A stretch of 64,000 bases of DNA from Octopus bimaculoides (Eukaryota), in assembly GCF_001194135.2 (NCBI RefSeq), contig NC_069000.1, positions 32,040,150 through 32,104,149 of the forward strand. Direction: 5' to 3'. Under the pieces are notes generated by a model. The model did no database searches, was not told the origin of the DNA, and saw only the letters and a list, made by a program, of their open reading frames with translations. Position numbers and translations under genes: made by a program. Positions 38,621-53,347 of the stretch are shown here, piece by piece. Position 1 is the first letter of the stretch; the number at the start of each line of letters is the position of its first letter.

Positions 38621-39471
38621 CCTTGGCGTCATTCACTACTGTTTTCGTCTTCTATATCTGTTACAATATGGATGTAGAATTAATTTTGTTTCTCTATGTA
38701 ACTGAATGAGTGCATTGTTTGTAGATAGTTTTAATGATGTTTTGTGTTAACTCGATATAAACCTTTCCCTGTTAACAGCACATAAGCTCTGTGTATTAAG
38801 ACTTTAGATATACGTTTTCCATTAAGACTGAAGTTTACCGTATTTTCACATTTACAGCGAGATTGATATGTGTTGTGAACGATTTTATTGTAGTTCGAGA
38901 TGTGTGAATCTATGTTACTGAAATCCAAGCTGCTTTTTTTTCTCTTTTATTTTTCCTGATATTCTATTAAATATTTGCTGGTATCTGTGTAAAGTGAACA
39001 AGCATATTATTTATCAGTTTCAAGAAATTCATCGGCGAGTTTAAAGATACAGTCTATATCATATTCAGTGTCATGTTACGCAATTTTCTTGGTCTTTTTT
39101 GTTTTTATCTTTTTGCTATTAGGTATTCAATCTGGATTTCGAGCCAAATCTTGTAATGTTCTAATGGACAACTTTATTATATATGATATTATCACAATAT
39201 ATATACATAGTCATATATATATACATATATATATATATATNNNNNNNNNNNNNNNNNNNNNNNNNNNNNNNNNNNNNNNNNNNNNNNNNNNNNNNNNNNN
39301 NNNNNNNNNNNNNNNNNNNNNNNNNNNNNNNNNNNNNNNNNNNATATATACACATATACATATATATATATATATATACTTATATATACATTTATATATA
39401 CATATGTGTATGTGTGTGTGCGTGTGTACATATGTGCGTATATAGGATAGGTATTCATGCACATATAAATA

Positions 39472-39510
<39 letters not shown>

Positions 39511-40228
39511 ACAGGGTCGTCGCTAACCCCCTGCACCCTACCTCCACGGATGAGGTACCCCATGTCGAGATGAAAGTACGCACATAAGTCATCTATTTAC
39601 TTTGGTTAAGATGCTGAACAGGAATTAAACTACGTTAACTGAACATTTCAAGAAATGAAATGCTAATACATTGTACCTGCAAAAGTTCTTGTAAAAATTA
39701 TTACGTCGTACCCCGAACGTGTACCAGAATTTGTGGATTGTCTTATGATATCAATAGAACTTACCTCTCAGCATGATTATTCTGAATTGATCGATGATCG
39801 ATGACAAGTGCGTCGTGTTTGTCTTCGAAAGTTGCCTGGATTATAAAAGTACCGTTTTATTCATATCTGGAAGTTTTACTTATTGAAATTTGTAATAGAC
39901 CTGAATAAATTCATCTCGTACTTTTAAAGATGTTCTCTGGGATACCGTGAAATATTGAGCTTCAGATAGAATAAAAAATAGAATATAGGTATGAATAAAA
40001 GGTGCGTAGCTTATGAGTTTTGTTTGAAGAGGTTGGGCCTCGGAACATGCATATAATAGATATATATATATATATATATGATATACATATATATACATAT
40101 ATATACACATATATATAAATATATATACACATATATACATATATATATACATACACACACATACACATACACAAAAACACACACACATACATACAGATAT
40201 ATATATATATTTATATATATGTATATAT

Positions 40229-40265
<37 letters not shown>

Positions 40266-42808
40266 GGTTGATATCTGTGATTTATAAATGTTTTCTAATA
40301 TTATCTATGATATTTTACAATCGAAGGGAGACGTTAGATTCGTTGCTGATATATATTGTATATATGCTGATTATTCAGAAGCCTGAAGTATTTGGTTGTG
40401 TTTAGTTCATGTGTTAAATCTTGAAAGTATTCTTTATTTCATCATTGTTCGTATCGTACATTATATGTTGAATACTTTGAAGAAACTAGTATGGTCGTAA
40501 GTTTGTCTAAGCTTCTTCGAAATATGAGATACCGCTAAACCGTCGCCTGTATATAGTTTTATGCTGACTTGATAGTATTCTACTTTAATCTGTGCTCTAT
40601 GTATGATCAGACTACATGCGTGCGCACCCAGACATACATGCTTACCCCCCTCCACACACACAATCTCGCCCACACTCTCTCTCTCTCTCATACACACACG
40701 CGCGCATGCTCACACACAAGTTATGTACATAGGCACAAAAGCTCAGTGGCTTAATCCAATTATCTGCTTTGTTCGTTTGACTTCCTTAACTCTTTCAAAT
40801 CCATTCATTTAAACATCGTGCTTATCTTAACAGAAAATATGCCAATTCATATTATATCGATATCTTTGAAAGAGACTTCTCAAGACATTGATTATATTTT
40901 GCTGTTCTTTACTGAAATTGTTTTTAGTTCCTTTTTATTTCTGTGGTCTTCATTCTGGTTATAATTGTTGTTAGTGACACCAATGGTGCATATTCTTACA
41001 TGGGTTTTACCTCACTAGAAGTTTTAGATACTCATCTCTGTCGCACATCAACAAAATACACGTCAGTTATATATTCTGTATGTCTGTCTCTCTGCTTTTA
41101 GTGTTGTTTAGCGCCAGGTTAACTCTTTTGGGGGAGGCCTTAGTTCAAAACCGTTGCATCACTACTTACAAGTAATGTGGGGTTTTGTCTTAGAAGGTGA
41201 CAACAAAACAATAACCAAAATATCGAACCAACGAGAAGAACATTACTGTGAGCGTTACGTCTACTAGAGACATTGGTAAGATTTCCCTCAAAATACAGCG
41301 TACATATTGTATAAACGTTGACGGAATATTCACAAACTTTCAACCAAATACTCCGAAGAGCAGAGTTAATTGGCATCAAAACAGCATCCGCAACAATGAC
41401 CAACATTACACTAGACAAGTACATAAGGATTGTTCTTGTTGTTTAGCCTGAAGACCACTTAATCGAAGAGGCTACAATCAAGCAATTCCTGCTACGACCA
41501 TGCTGCTGTTTTCTTTGGTCTAAGTATCACTACTTTAACTTATGCATCATACCATCACATAAGACTGAAGATTGCGTTACTAGAGTGAGCTGCCTGCTAT
41601 TACAAGCCGATCGAAAGACCACGTAGAGGTTACTTCATTGGTTTGATAAATTGAGAATAAACATACTGCTTTTTATTGTTAACATGCTTGTCGTATCGTT
41701 GTTGTTGTTGTTACATTTGTTTAGCCTTAGGTCGATCCGGATCGAGCAAACCTAATATATAAACATCTCCCTTCATATCCTTCCATTCTTTTTTTTTTTT
41801 TTTGTATCAAAAGACAACATTGTCCGAGTGGGATCTCTACATATTTCAAACAATAACGTGTGCTTTGAATGAGATTTGTTTGCTGTTTCTAGCAAACTGG
41901 TTGCCAGCGTTGCGATTTCGTTGTTCTTGTTAGTGGCAGAAGCACTGGCATAGCCATGGTTCTTACTATAACCTTCCCGTGCTACAGCATGAAATCTATT
42001 CTATTGACGTTTTGGAGTTTAGTGTTGCTAAAAAACAAAATCCTCAATAAATGTTAGTTATACGGGTGTTATTACCAATTAAAGAACAAAATTCTCTCTC
42101 ATCTTGCATTCACTTTCTCTCCCTAGTTGTTTGTTCTTTTTTTTACTTTTCATTTCAAAACCTTTACACAACTTGATGCTGTAAAGGGTTAACATTTGCA
42201 AAATTAACCAATTTCTTACAAACTTACCACCATGTTATGGCAATGTTAGGAGTAAAATTATATCACAATATTAATCAATGTGCATTTATATGTACTCATC
42301 TTGTTACAATATAAGTAGAATCATGCCTATTGCAATAGTAAAGAGTCTGTACATACAGATAAGTGATTCACGTACAGACCAATTCAATCAAAGTAAAACA
42401 TTGTGATTATAATAGGTAAGCTGAAATACTTCGTTATGTACGTATACACAAGCGATATCCTATTAAATATATGATGTTCTATTTAATAATAGCTAATAAA
42501 ATATTTATACACTCATAAATAAGATATTGTTGCATATGAATTTAGTTACTAGAGAATCAGTTTAGACGCACAAAATAATCGTGCTGATATATTCTGTTAT
42601 ATTTTATCCACGTACATATTTGTCGTTTTCCATGTACAAATTTAAGCATACGCATATATGCATGAACTATATAGATGTATATCTCTGTAAGTATATATAT
42701 GTAAGATGTTTACGCTATATTTTAACCGTATTTAACTATATGTTACTATAACACATTTTACCTAGCACGAAATATATCTTAAACTGTCAAGCATGTATGC
42801 ACATATGT

Positions 42809-42841
<33 letters not shown>

Positions 42842-42999
42842 NNNNNNNNNNNNNNNNNNNNNNNNNNNNNNNNNNNNNNNNNNNNNNNNNNNNNNNNNNN
42901 NNNNNNNNNNNNNNNNNNNNNNNNNNNNNNNNNNNNNNNNNNNNNNNNNNNNNNNNNNNNNNNNNNNNNNNNNNNNNNNNNNNNTATGCATACATATAT

Positions 43000-43036
<37 letters not shown>

Positions 43037-43067
43037 GGTAGATAGATAGATAGATAGATAGATACAT

Positions 43068-43128
<61 letters not shown>

Positions 43129-44619
43129 TGCGTATATATAAGTACACACACACACACACATGTATATGTAACAGATATCCATTATACGCCTAGCAAATTT
43201 CGAAAATATATATGTAAAAAGCTAATTCACTACAGAACATTGTGCACCCACGTATCCATAAATATTGAAGTCCTAATTAACAAAACTAAACGATTACCTA
43301 AACATATACATTCATATTTCCCACCTCCCGTACGTCACTACCCATTTCTTCCTTGCAGTTTAGGTTTTCACCTTATTTAACATTTAAGTTCCAGACGGTA
43401 ATATAATTCAAATCACCAAACCATCATGCCTCATACTTCACATACAAAATATATGTATTCATAAAATATATGTATGTTTTTCCTTAAGACATCTACAATT
43501 TCATAAATTAAAATATAATTTACTAACACTCTCTGGGAGCATGTAAATATTACATGCATTTTCTTACGTCTTACCAACGAGAAAAATATGTTTCAATGTA
43601 CCAGTGTAACAAAAAATAAAGAAAGCCGTTGCTTTACTGCATCACACTCAAAAGAGACTCCCTCAATATTATGTACGGAAAATTTCATTTTAGAATTATT
43701 TTCTACGCTTGTTTTTAAATATCGAACAACCATAGAGTAAGTTCTTGTCAACTAATAAAATAAATATTGTCAAGCTAATGGGTTTTTTTTTGTTTTCTTT
43801 TTAATAAACCTTATATGCGTATTTCATGCGCCGAACGTCTCCACACGGTAGTTTCCCGTAACTATGACATTAATTTATGTATGTCGTTATGAATGTTTTA
43901 TTGAGCATGTGTTTTATTCCGCACAGAAGCACATAGTTACATCGTACGTTGGTAATGGTCAAGATCTTGCAATTGGTGCGTGACACTTGGAATACTAACG
44001 CTAATATACGTACATACATGCACATACACATACATACACACATACACACACTCATACACACACGTATATATGTATTTTTATATACATATACATACATCTA
44101 CAGACACTCACATACACACACACATATACGCACCCACATACACACACACATATATATTTATATGTGTATTCATATACACCTCCGCCTGCAAGGAAAAGAT
44201 CTTCCTCTTTAACTAGGCTACACATACACCTAAGAATACAACCGAAAAATATGTAAACCAACATTCATAGGAATCGATTCTTATGATTGTATATAGAATA
44301 TATCAAAGCTGAAACAGCATATGCAGCTTTAGGCCATCTTTGGAGCTATAAATATCAATATTTTTGAAAGTACATCAAAAAGCATAAAATGATTACAAAG
44401 AGACACATTTTATTATTGCCTCATTTTTCTGAAATAGATTTATGTTCCGGTATAATTTATTTTTATATTAGAGAATATGCCACGAATTTTTATGTAAAAA
44501 AAAGTAGGCTACATTTTTGTATATTTCTCTAAGTTCATGATTATTGAGCACTTTGACATATAACCTACTTAGAAGGATACCCCTAATCTCTCCTGTATAT
44601 TAAAGAATAATAATATTCA

Positions 44620-45360
44620 TGAGGAGGCAAGCTGCCAGAATCCTTAACACACTGGGCGAAATGCTTAGCGGTATTTCGCCCATCTTTACGTTCTTAATCA
44701 AAATTCAATTAATTAAGTACCAATCAACTTACCCTCTCCCTGAAACAGCTGGCCTGGTGCCAAAATTTGAAAATATATTTGAAGTTGATATATTGATTAA
44801 AGTTGCAATGGTGGATATACTTTGCCGTTAAACATTCTGCGCTTCGGAAGAAATGATTTAAATTTCAGTGAAATTTGTCATAAATATACATGCATGACTC
44901 CAGAGTTGTCATGGATGCATATGATATAATCTACTTCAAACCAACTTTTAAAAAAAATTTTCCCAGATAAGAAGCTTCTGCTGGGAATTAAAAAAAAACC
45001 CACATGCACTCAATTTCCAGTGCTTAAACCTGTTATATGTTGAGTCACATTGCGTAGCTCTTATGGCAAGTGTCTTTAAATATAGCCTTGGGTCGACCAA
45101 GGTCCTAAGAGTTTGTTTGGTAGACGGAAACTGAAACATATATATTAGTGTATGATTTCATATTTGTGCTTCTCCATCACCACCTCTGAACAAGTGGTGT
45201 TGGTGTACTTACGTGCATATGTATCTTAGTCGTTCGGCAAGAAAGAAACCGATAGAATAAGTACCAGCTTTAAAAAATAAGTGCTGGGGTCGATTCATTC
45301 GACTAAAATTTTTCAGGGCGGTGTTCTAGCATGGCCGAAGTGTGCTGACTGAAACACATA
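44620..45360. mobile_element. Cluster of SINE fragments
   Basis: gggcgaaatgcttagcggtatttcg; gggtcgaccaagg..ggtagacggaaactga; gatagaataagtaccag..ggggtcgattcattcgactaaaa. Confidence 0.7.
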
Positions 45361-45680
45361 AGAGATAAAAAAAAAAAAGGTAATAGATTTATGTTGTATA
45401 AGCCAGGTTTAATTTGATTAGATTGCCATCATTCTTTCCGATAACGGCAAGCATGTCGAAGTTGCTCGAGGTCGTTATCAACCTTTTCTTTGTAAAAAAA
45501 TAAGTGTGTACACATCAGAAAGAGAAAAACTTTTAAGAAATACATTAGTATAATGTTAAATCGATTTATATATATGACTTGGCATAATCACACACATACA
45601 TACATACGTACGTACGTTCGTACGTACGTACGTATGTCCGAATGTACGTACATATGTATGTATGTATGTATGCATGTATG

Positions 45681-45714
<34 letters not shown>

Positions 45715-46459
45715 TGTATGTGTGCATATGTATTGTTAAATAGCTTAATAAATACTTTTGTATGTCTGTCTGTCTGTCTGTCTGCCTGTCTGTCTGTACT
45801 TGTGTGCTTCGTATGTATATGCATGTGCGCATGTTCATTCAGATAGAAATAGAACAAGATTCATTCAGTCCATTTGTGATTTCGTCTTTGCTCCGTTTGC
45901 TCTACCAATACTGGAAGTTCATTTGTTTATTTGATTTCAGTTTTGCTTTCAATGTTTCCATTTCTTACTATTTTCTCTTTTCTCTGCCATCTCCCACATA
46001 TCCACGAATAAGATTGCTCGCAGCTGGCTTGAAGAGTCAACGGTCTCTACCCTGAAATTTATATCAAGCCGGTATTATTGACAATGCCTTGTACACATCA
46101 AAGCCGTGTTCAAACTAAAACTTCATTCGCACGGAATTGTTTATTGTTACTGCAGTTGTGTATGATTTTGTTATTCTTCATTATGATCCAGATTAACTTT
46201 GATTAAGTATTCTCTCACCAGCAATTTCGCCATTGGTATATGTTTTTTAACTTTCTTCGTGAAATCTATATATCAGTAGTATGTAGTACTATGTTTTGAA
46301 ATGTCTGTACCACTATTTTGAGCATGGTACGCTGCAGTCTGAAGGATATGTAACTGTTTTCTCAAACATGTGAGTACGTAGTACCATCATAGTTTCAATA
46401 AGTGGATTTTAAAGAAAGGTTGACCAATGAAATATAAGGAGATAAAGTATTTATACGTG

Positions 46460-46880
46460 CAGGTATGGCTGTGTGGTAAGAATTTTCCTTCCCAATCACA
46501 TGGATCCGGGTTCAGTCCCACAGGCGAATCACTTCTGCTTTATCCCCGGGCTGACCAGAGCATTGTGAATAGATTTGGTAGACAGAAACTGAAAGAATCC
46601 GTCGTATATGTGTGTGTATATTTGTGTGACGTGTCTGTGTGAGTGTGTGTGTGACGTGTCTGATTTTGCACCGCCACCCCTATATCACTGGTGGTGGTGT
46701 GTTAACGTCTCTACGTCCCCACATCCCCACATCATAGCGGTTCGGGAAAACAGACTGATAGAATAAGTACCAGGCGTTAAAAAAATAATAAGGGAGACGA
46801 TTCCTTCAAACAAAATTCTTCAAAGTGTTGCCCCATCATGGCCGCTGTCTTTTGACTGAAACAAGTTAAAGATAAAAGAT
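46460..46880 (+). mobile_element. Near full-length tRNA-derived SINE with internal (TG)n
   Basis: ggctgtgtggtaag..gggttcagtccca..ggtagacagaaactgaaag..gatagaataagtaccagg..gactgaaacaagttaaagataaaag. Confidence 0.8.
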
Positions 46881-47219
46881 AACTGGCTTGCTAATTTACC
46901 TATGAGACAATTTACATATTTACACCTCTCCCCCTTCTCTCTTTCCCCCTTTCTGTCTCTTCATCCATGACGATGTCTCTTGCACTGATCACTATACCGC
47001 AACGATTGACGCTCGTTTCTTTAGTCAGAACTAGGTCAAAGATTTGGCTGCAAAATCTTTGTTAAAACTAATTAGTATAAGTGGGGTTTCTTTTTGTTCA
47101 TCTTCTAATGAGAAGGAAAGAATAGTGTACAGTATATTCATAAGGTCTTGAAAGCTTATGGGATGGAGGGATAACGGTATCCTGAAACCGGAAACCATTT
47201 CTTATTAATTTTATACCTA

Positions 47220-48960
47220 AAGTAGACAAAGCCGGGACTTGAACCCAAAACAAAAACAACCACCCATTCGTCATTTTAACGCCTCCGCCAATCCACCACC
47301 CTAGATTGGTATTTTATCAACCTCGAAAATATAAAAATTTACCTCGGCGAGGTTTGAACTCAAAACACAAGGTATAGTAGTAGATAACGCTATATATCTT
47401 GTGCGACGTTCTAACGAGTCTGTCAAGTATCTGCTTTAATCACTCAAATAACATTGACGAATATCTAATCAACACCCAAATGATTAAAAACATCATGGAA
47501 GTTGTAGATATTTACACTCGTAAGAGTTGTTTGTAATGTTCCGGACACAGCTAAAAATTGTTTTGTATTTACTCTAAAACACTACACCTTGTGCTACTCC
47601 TCGACACTGGAAATAACGGAAGGTTGGTTTGTCTTCATAGAATTTTAAAAAAACTAGAACACGGAATGTAAATACATTATTGAAACAACGTTAATTTTAT
47701 TTCCAGTGAAATATTGCTTTCCTATTTTTAATCATATAAAGAAAATAGATTTCCGTCTGTTTCGACGATGATTATTTACTTGTTCAGTTAAGTGGATTAT
47801 CTGCTCATATAATTAGTGTGTAAGTCATTAGACTTACATACTAATTCCACCACAGTGGGTAAGTTTATAATATGATAGATACGTGTAGCCTTAAAACAAT
47901 AGGATCTGCAGTACCCATTGGAGGCACCTTTGAAAGACGTATACAATCCATTCGCAAGGATTCTAAGAATTGCCGTCTACCAACTTTCCAGAAGCAATGG
48001 TGAAAGGCGCGTACTCAAGATGCCATGTTGTGCGATCGAACCCCAGGCCTTGTGATTGCAATGAAAACTTGTAAACTACTCATCTATGATTCGTTCGCTT
48101 GTTTATCATATAATTATACCATTATGTCGTTGTTGTTGACTGATGTTTTGATGTCGTATGTCTAAACCTTAATTATTCAATGTGTTCGTTTTTTTTAAAT
48201 TAAAACAACAAGTACTGATTTCAAGAAAATTTTATTAGTTCCAGTTTTACTTATACGAGAGATACAACCACAATGTTTTGTGGCTTTAGTAGGTGGAAGT
48301 GTTGGTGATCTATTGGTTATGTATGATATCCTAAAGTGGGGGAAAATAAATGAGTTATTTTAGCACCAAAATGATATCAAGATCTGGAATAGAATATGTA
48401 GAGTGCCTGGCATCAAAGAAGAATAGGAACGGAGGTAATAGTGGAGATTCGCTGGAATGTTACCCACCCTTCTATGGAACAAACACATTGCATGATAAAA
48501 AAATGTTAGTTTCTTTACAATTAGCAGAAAAGTCATTTGGGTTGGGTGATAATGGACAACAAGAATTGAAGGGCTCTGCTCTAAAACTTTTAGTTGTATA
48601 GATAAAGAGAAATAGTTTCAATCATTATTTAAAACTGATTTGTTCCTGAGAGATTTCCCGTTTAGGTTTTCTAAATGACGTGCCAATTTCTCGTTAAATG
48701 ATCAAGTTGCAGGGATACATTTGTGACATCTGACATGAGTTGAGCATCTCAAAAATTGATAGGTTACATTCCATCACAACTGATTTTTTTTTTCAAGAGA
48801 GAAAAGGAGAAAGAGAAATAGAAGAAAGGGCTTCTGTAATTGAACTGGAAATTTATCAACTTCGAAAGAATGAAAGGCAAAATTGACCACGATGTGATTT
48901 GACTTGAGGTCGCGCTTTCTCCGATGCTCTGCATCTGTCCGAATGTAAATACTCGTAGAA
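47220..48960. mobile_element. Scattered SINE fragments (about 47220-47420, 47900-48080, 48800-48960)
   Basis: tattttatcaacctcgaaa, gcgatcgaacccc and gaaagaatgaaaggcaaaattgacc motifs shared with other copies. Confidence 0.6.
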
Positions 48961-49028
48961 ATGTTGCGTAGTAATAGCTCTCTCCCTCTCTCCTTTCTAT
49001 CCGTCTTTGTCTCTCTTTCTCGCCCTCG

Positions 49029-49103
<75 letters not shown>

Positions 49104-50920
49104 CCTTGTACTCTCTCTCTCTATGTGTCAATGTTTTGCCTGCTTCTCTCTTAATATCCTTTTTGCCCTTACTCTCTCTACCTTCACCCTTGTTTTCTAT
49201 CCTTAAATATCGACTATATCTAAATTTAGTGCTTAAATTAACGCACATTCTAGCACATTAGTCGGGAAATATCCGTGCATGGAATCAGTTATCATGCAGG
49301 AATAAATCTCCTAGGAATCGCCTGTATTGTGTCATATCTGTGTGTACGTATGTGTGCGCGCGCGCGTGTGAGTGTGTCTGCCTGCTGTATGTCTGTGTAT
49401 GTGTCTGTATTTAAGCCACTGTGTGTTTATGCGCATTGCTCACTCTAAAATAGAATGACAGTAATTCTATTCACAGACATCTGGGAGTTGTAATTCTTTC
49501 AGCAAGAAAACTCAGACAGCTTCCGCTGCAGATATGTCACTTGATTCTTGGTTTCAGTGTAATGAATGGATCGAATCGCGCCAAAAATGACAGTGTAATT
49601 CTCATTGATTACTGCGCACCAAAGAAATCCATATCCGTTGTTGATTACACGATATTCTATCAAGAATCGGTAGACGTATTTACCAAAACGAAGACGGATC
49701 TTGCATTGGAGATAGATCTTGAAAACGATCTTCTAGTTCAAACAATCGAAGTAGCAGCTCTCTTTATTGATAATTGCTAAACAGAGAAAACCATTTTGCT
49801 ATCTAATGTTATTCAATCTTTGTTCATTACTACAGAAACAAAATGCTGGTATTCTACTTGAGTCACTTTATTAATTATTGCCAATTCTTCCATACAGTCG
49901 TGTGGTGTTGTTTCGACACAAGAATTATTATCAAATCCTATACATTTTCAATGAGCTGTAATTAAGTACTTTTTTTTTCTTTCTTTCTCCCAGTCACGTT
50001 ACTATTTACCCAGATTCTGCTGGACTATGTCATTTCTGAACATCCCTATCACATTTACTAACCAGTTATTTCCCGTGTGGTATTTCTAATAATCATAATA
50101 ACTAATAACCAATGTAGTAACACCATACATGTTTGTTCCTTTCAGGACAGCATGTCTCTAGTTTCCGTGAGATCCATCTTTTAAGTTTCATTTGTTCTAA
50201 TAGATATATTACGTGTACAAGATTCAAGTTTCTAATAAATTTCCTCACTCAATTTGTATTTATTTACATATATTTATTTATATATTTTATATAAAAGCCA
50301 AAGCTTTGATAATTCAGCTCTTGCTTTATCCAGCCTATGCTGTTTATTGTTACAACCTCAAATATTTATGCTTATTTCTTGAAAAAAAAGATTACACAAT
50401 TGATTGGCAAAGGTTTACTCATGAATAAACATTTTTTTTAAAATTTCCGTTTTCTACCGCTACTACAACTGCTTCTGCACTTGTTAACTATTAACAGTTA
50501 CTATATACGCCCTCTATATAGCTGCACCTGATTATTCATGACTCCTCTTCGCTATGACTCATTTCACAGATCCTCACAAAATACTTCTTATATTTTTGCT
50601 CCCTGTAACTGCAGTCCTTATACAAACGTCCTTGCCCATGGAAGGTCTCAAAAATGCTGTCCTCGTTCTCCTTCTTGTAAACTTCAGTTTAGACACGACA
50701 TAAGATCGTTTTCTTTCTGTTATATTTCAATACACGGAAAGCACATAATTGTGTGTGCCTGGTGGATATGTATGGGCGTGCGTGTATGTATGTGCATGCA
50801 TGTGTATGTGTGCGTGTATGTGCTTGTGTTTGTGTGTGCATGCGTGTATGTGCTTGAGTCCGTGTGTGTGTGGAGTACGTGCGTGCATGTATGTGTATGT
50901 GTGCATGCGTTTTTGTGCAT

Positions 50921-50967
<47 letters not shown>

Positions 50968-51185
50968 AATATATACAGGTATGATTTAACCTGCTTTTAT
51001 ACACTGAAACGTTTCATATCCTTCCTTAAAATATAAATTCGAAAAACACTTATAAAAACAAGAAAAGAGAAATTTGTAGAAGATTTGTGTACATCCATAA
51101 TTTTTAAAGAAATATTTCAAACATTTCAAATGTAATGAGCATATTATCACTTTTATTGTATTTATCATTGTGTATATCTGTGTCA

Positions 51186-51246
<61 letters not shown>

Positions 51247-51489
51247 TTGTTGTGGTTCACTTAACCTTTCAACTTTTCAGGGTCGATGAAACAGGTAATT
51301 ATTGAACACTGGGACTCGATCTAAAAATTTTGAGGCCTTGAGTCTATAAATAGAAAGGATTATTTATTGTGGGGAGTGGGAAACTTGCTTATCGTTTCTC
51401 TTTTTGTTTTAGCATAAACCATGCCATATATATTGAAAACCCTTGAATTTTACTTTCAATAAATCTGATCTTTAATATTTGTTTTACAG

Positions 51490-51665
51490 TAACTTAGCGG
51501 GACGTCTACGGCGAAGGCGCAGCTCTGTGGATATTCCAATGACAGTGTACCCAGGCGACCTTCTAGGACACAGAGTTCCTCCCCATAATAAAAAGCTTAC
51601 AAAACGAAATACTGTGGCAGATTTTGCTACAAGGCAAGATTTGCCCACCATCTACTCTGAGTCAG
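51490..51665 (+). CDS. Internal coding exon A of an unidentified host gene (NLAGRLRRRRSSVDIPMTVYPGDLLGHRVPPHNKKLTKRNTVADFATRQDLPTIYSES)
   Basis: Acceptor ttgttttacag, donor g|gtaagc, 176 nt, only one open frame, ends in phase 1. Confidence 0.85.
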
Positions 51666-52388
51666 GTAAGCTTATGATGAAAAAACAATTGTCTTTCTCC
51701 TTTCTTCCCACAAGTAAATATTTTAAAATTCCATTACGAAACCCGATTTAAAAAATGCGATGTATACTATTAAATAGATTGGGAAATTGTTCAGGCGTAA
51801 GGCACAGTAATTTGTAGCACCTAGTTATGATTCTTTACGTTGTTCCTATCTACTTCAAGCCCATTTTCCTTTCAACATGCTATATTCATAAGATAAGTAG
51901 CAGTTGATAAACGAAATAATATAACGTCATGAGGCACTATATCGATGAAGGTCACTGTTCAATGATTGCAAACAGTAAGAGAATAACTGTGTGTATTTAA
52001 TTGATACAATTCAAGGAACGATTATAGCCATAAGGACGATTTTCTTTTAATAATACCAGAAAAAAAAAGAAAAGACTTTCACATGAACTGAAGCAGAATA
52101 TTCGATTAATCACTCGTATACAACATGACTAAATACGTTCCAGACATATAATGTGTCGCAAACATTAAATATGTATTTTATCATATTACTGTATGATACG
52201 ATAAAACATTTTGATACTGAAGAAACTATTATTTGAATCACATGACAAATGTTGTTATGTGACCATAGTCACGGAACACTGCAACGTTCAGTTTGCATAG
52301 TTAGAGGTAGTTTGGCGTCCTTTGTCGCTTGAAGCCAAAGTAGCATCTGCAGATTTCAATTGACTAGAGACTTTATGTACACAGACTT

Positions 52389-52456
<68 letters not shown>

Positions 52457-52842
52457 NNNNNNNNNNNNNNNNNNNNNNNNNNNNNNNNNNNNNNNNNNNN
52501 NNNNNNNNNNNNNNNNNNNNNNNNNNNNNNNNNNNNNNNNNNNNNNNNNNNNNNNNNNNNNNNNNNNNNNNNNNNNNNNNNNNNNNNNNNNNNNNNNNNN
52601 NNNNNNNNNNNNNNNNNNNNNNNNNNNNNNNNNNNNNNNNNNNNNNNNNNNNNNNNNNNNNNNNNNNNNNNNNNNNNNNNNNNNNNNNNNNNNNNNNNNN
52701 NNNNNNNNNNNNNNNNNNNNNNNNNNNNNNNNNNNNNNNNNNNNNNNNNNNNNNNNNNNNNNNNNNNNNNNNNNNNNNNNNNNNNNNNNNNNNNNNNNNN
52801 NNNNNNNNNNNNNNNNNNNNNNNATATATATACATATATATA

Positions 52843-52990
52843 CGACGGGCTTCTTTCAGTTTCTGTCTAAGTAATCCATTCACAAGGCTTTGAGCGACCC
52901 GATGCTATAGTAGAAGACACTTGCCCAAGGTGCCGCGCAGTGGGACTCAACATGGAGCCATGTGGTTGGGAAACAATTTTCTTACCACAT
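52843..52990 (-). mobile_element. tRNA-derived SINE
   Basis: Reverse complement of the 17978 family (acgacgggcttctttcagtt..ttgcccaaggtgccgcgcagtgggac). Confidence 0.8.
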
Positions 52991-53300
52991 GTATACAGAG
53001 TGAGAAACAGACAGACAAACAGTTTTAGGTAGTTAGTTAGACACACACAAAACATACACGTATATGAGTATTTATACATACACACATTAGGAAATTTGAT
53101 ATTAAAGCACCTTGTCGAAATCCCGTATATACTACGTACATATTTATGCAGACAAGACGTGACGAGGACAGCAAATCGAAACTATCAAAACACAGTGTAG
53201 GTTTATTGAAATATTTTCCATTTTTAAACATGTGCTTTATCGCCCTAAACTATATAATTTTCATGATTCAATATTATGTTTTTTCGATTATATTTTACAG

Positions 53301-53347
53301 TTACTGATTCTAAAAAAAGTCGACAAACATTTTCTCTTCTCCGATTG
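53301..53347 (+). CDS. Internal coding exon B ((V)TDSKKSRQTFSLLRL)
   Basis: Acceptor tattttacag, donor g|gtaagt, 47 nt, phase 1 to 0, exactly bridging exons A and C. Confidence 0.8.

Noticed and set aside
42378-42415. 38-nt candidate exon phase-compatible with exon A
   Set aside because: Poor polypyrimidine tract and AT-rich low-complexity content; likely chance.
45603-45632. Self-complementary (ACGT)n tract as a structured element
   Set aside because: Ordinary tetranucleotide microsatellite.
48230-48600. ORF 48350-48601 as a host gene
   Set aside because: No splice signals or homology; the minus strand has a faint PLE-like LD..TNT..Y pattern.
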